From Octopus sinensis (lineage: Eukaryota), in contig NC_043011.1 in assembly GCF_006345805.1 (NCBI RefSeq), positions 1,612,001 to 1,676,000 on the forward strand: a stretch of DNA of 64,000 nt, given 5' to 3'. Each line of letters starts with the position of its first letter. Position 1 is the stretch's first letter. The notes below the pieces were generated by a model. That model was given only the letters and a program-made list of their open reading frames with translations, was not told the DNA's origin and searched no databases. This document shows positions 62,934 through 64,000 of this stretch, piece after piece. Both the position numbers and the translations under genes were made by a program.

Positions 62934-63300
62934 CGCAGGAGTGGCTGTGTGGTAAGTATCTTGTTTACCAACCACATGGTTCCAGGTTCAGTCCCACGCG
63001 TGGCACCTTGGGCAAGTGTCTTCTACTATAGCCTCGGGCCGACCAAAGCCTTGTGAGTGGATTTGGTAGACGGAAACAGAAAGAAGCCCGTCGTATATAT
63101 GTATATATATATATATGTGTGTCTGTGTTTGTCCCCCTAGCATTGCTTGACAACCGAGGCTGGTGTGTTTATGTTCCCGTTACTTAGCGGTTCGGCAGAA
63201 GAGACTAATAGAATAAGTACTGGGCTTACAAAAGAATAAGTCCCGGGGTCGAGTTGCTTGATTAAAGGCAGTGCTCCAGCATGGCCGCAGTCAAATGACC
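62931..63300 (+). mobile_element. Main SINE copy followed by an inverted copy of its own head
   Basis: 62931-62982 versus 63303-63354, with 1 mismatch in 52 bp. Confidence 0.85.
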
Positions 63301-63354
63301 CAGAACCATGTGGTTGGTAAACAAGCTACTTACCACACAGCCACTCCTGCGCCT

Positions 63355-64000
63355 GCCCTCCACTCTTCACCCAACCTATCCTCCGCTTCATTCTTAATCT
63401 CAACCACCAACTCTACAACCACCTCACACACACAAAAAACAAAAAACTCCACCTCCTCCTCAACCCCTCACCCCCTTCCCCATCCTCCCCCACTGTTCCC
63501 CCCCTCCTTCGCACCTACCCCACCCTTCCACGGACCCACACCCCCCCACCGTGACCTTCCTACGCCTAACCCATCTTCACCCAACCACCCCTACCCTCCC
63601 CTTCACACCCCTGCACCCCCTCCGCCTGCCCCTAGTCCTCCCACCACCCCGCTTCCTCGCGCTGTTGTCACTATACCCCCCACCTCCCCCTCTCCGCCGC
63701 TGAGCGTTCCCTCCTCAGTAAGGGTCTCCGCTTCACGCCACTCACGCGCCACTGTGATGAGTTCGAGACTCGGGCGGACGTCAACCTGTTCCTGCGCCGC
63801 CTCAAACTTCGCGCATACTACCACGCGTCCCCGCAGCGTCACAACAATCAGGATTGCCTTTTGGAGCTGGGGCGTCGTCCATCCATCTGGACGCCGCCCC
63901 CAGGCCTTTTCAGTAGCCTAGATTCGTTTGTACATGACTGCAACGCTTTGGTCCACCGTTTCAACTTTGCACCAAGACCCCGCCGAGCCAACCTCACTCG
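63355..64000 (+). mobile_element. GC-rich Penelope-like element, pre-RT ORF region, running off the window
   Basis: VVTIPP, then (after a 1-nt shift) LPLSAAERSLLSKGLRFTP...FLRRLKLRAYY...SIWTPPPG...LDSFV...ANLT. The frame is open from 63684 to the window end. Confidence 0.85.

Noticed and set aside
63271-63921. 216-aa proline-rich extensin-like ORF
   Set aside because: It starts in a SINE, crosses a low-complexity C-rich tract and then runs in the wrong frame of the PLE ORF.

Overview
This is AT-rich, microsatellite-dense eukaryotic DNA made almost entirely of decayed transposable elements. The repeat families look like those of an octopod cephalopod (Octopus sp.), which is an inference from recall and not a database result. 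I could not establish any host protein-coding gene, rRNA, true tRNA or CRISPR array. Most ORFs in the track are microsatellite translations or TE relics. Identifiable contents: tRNA-headed SINEs; RTE, Dong/R4-type and L2/Crack-like LINE pieces; several Penelope-like (PLE) fragments; a hAT-Charlie relic split by a piggyBac; a TTAA-specific MITE family (6 copies); five Tc1/mariner-superfamily elements plus one transposase remnant; and a Helitron. The most notable structures are: (1) four minimal hammerhead-ribozyme-like motifs in PLE-type terminal repeats, two of them sharing a non-canonical CUGUAGA core; (2) an RTE LINE with a precise twin-priming-style 5' inversion; (3) a SINE inserted at the apex of a perfect 21-bp-arm palindrome; (4) a nested hAT > piggyBac > SINE/MITE stack whose excision restores the hAT reading frame, including a MITE dimer that appears to have moved as one unit; and (5) several long fold-back palindromes. 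All alignments and counts were done by eye. Coordinates of degenerate repeats are approximate.
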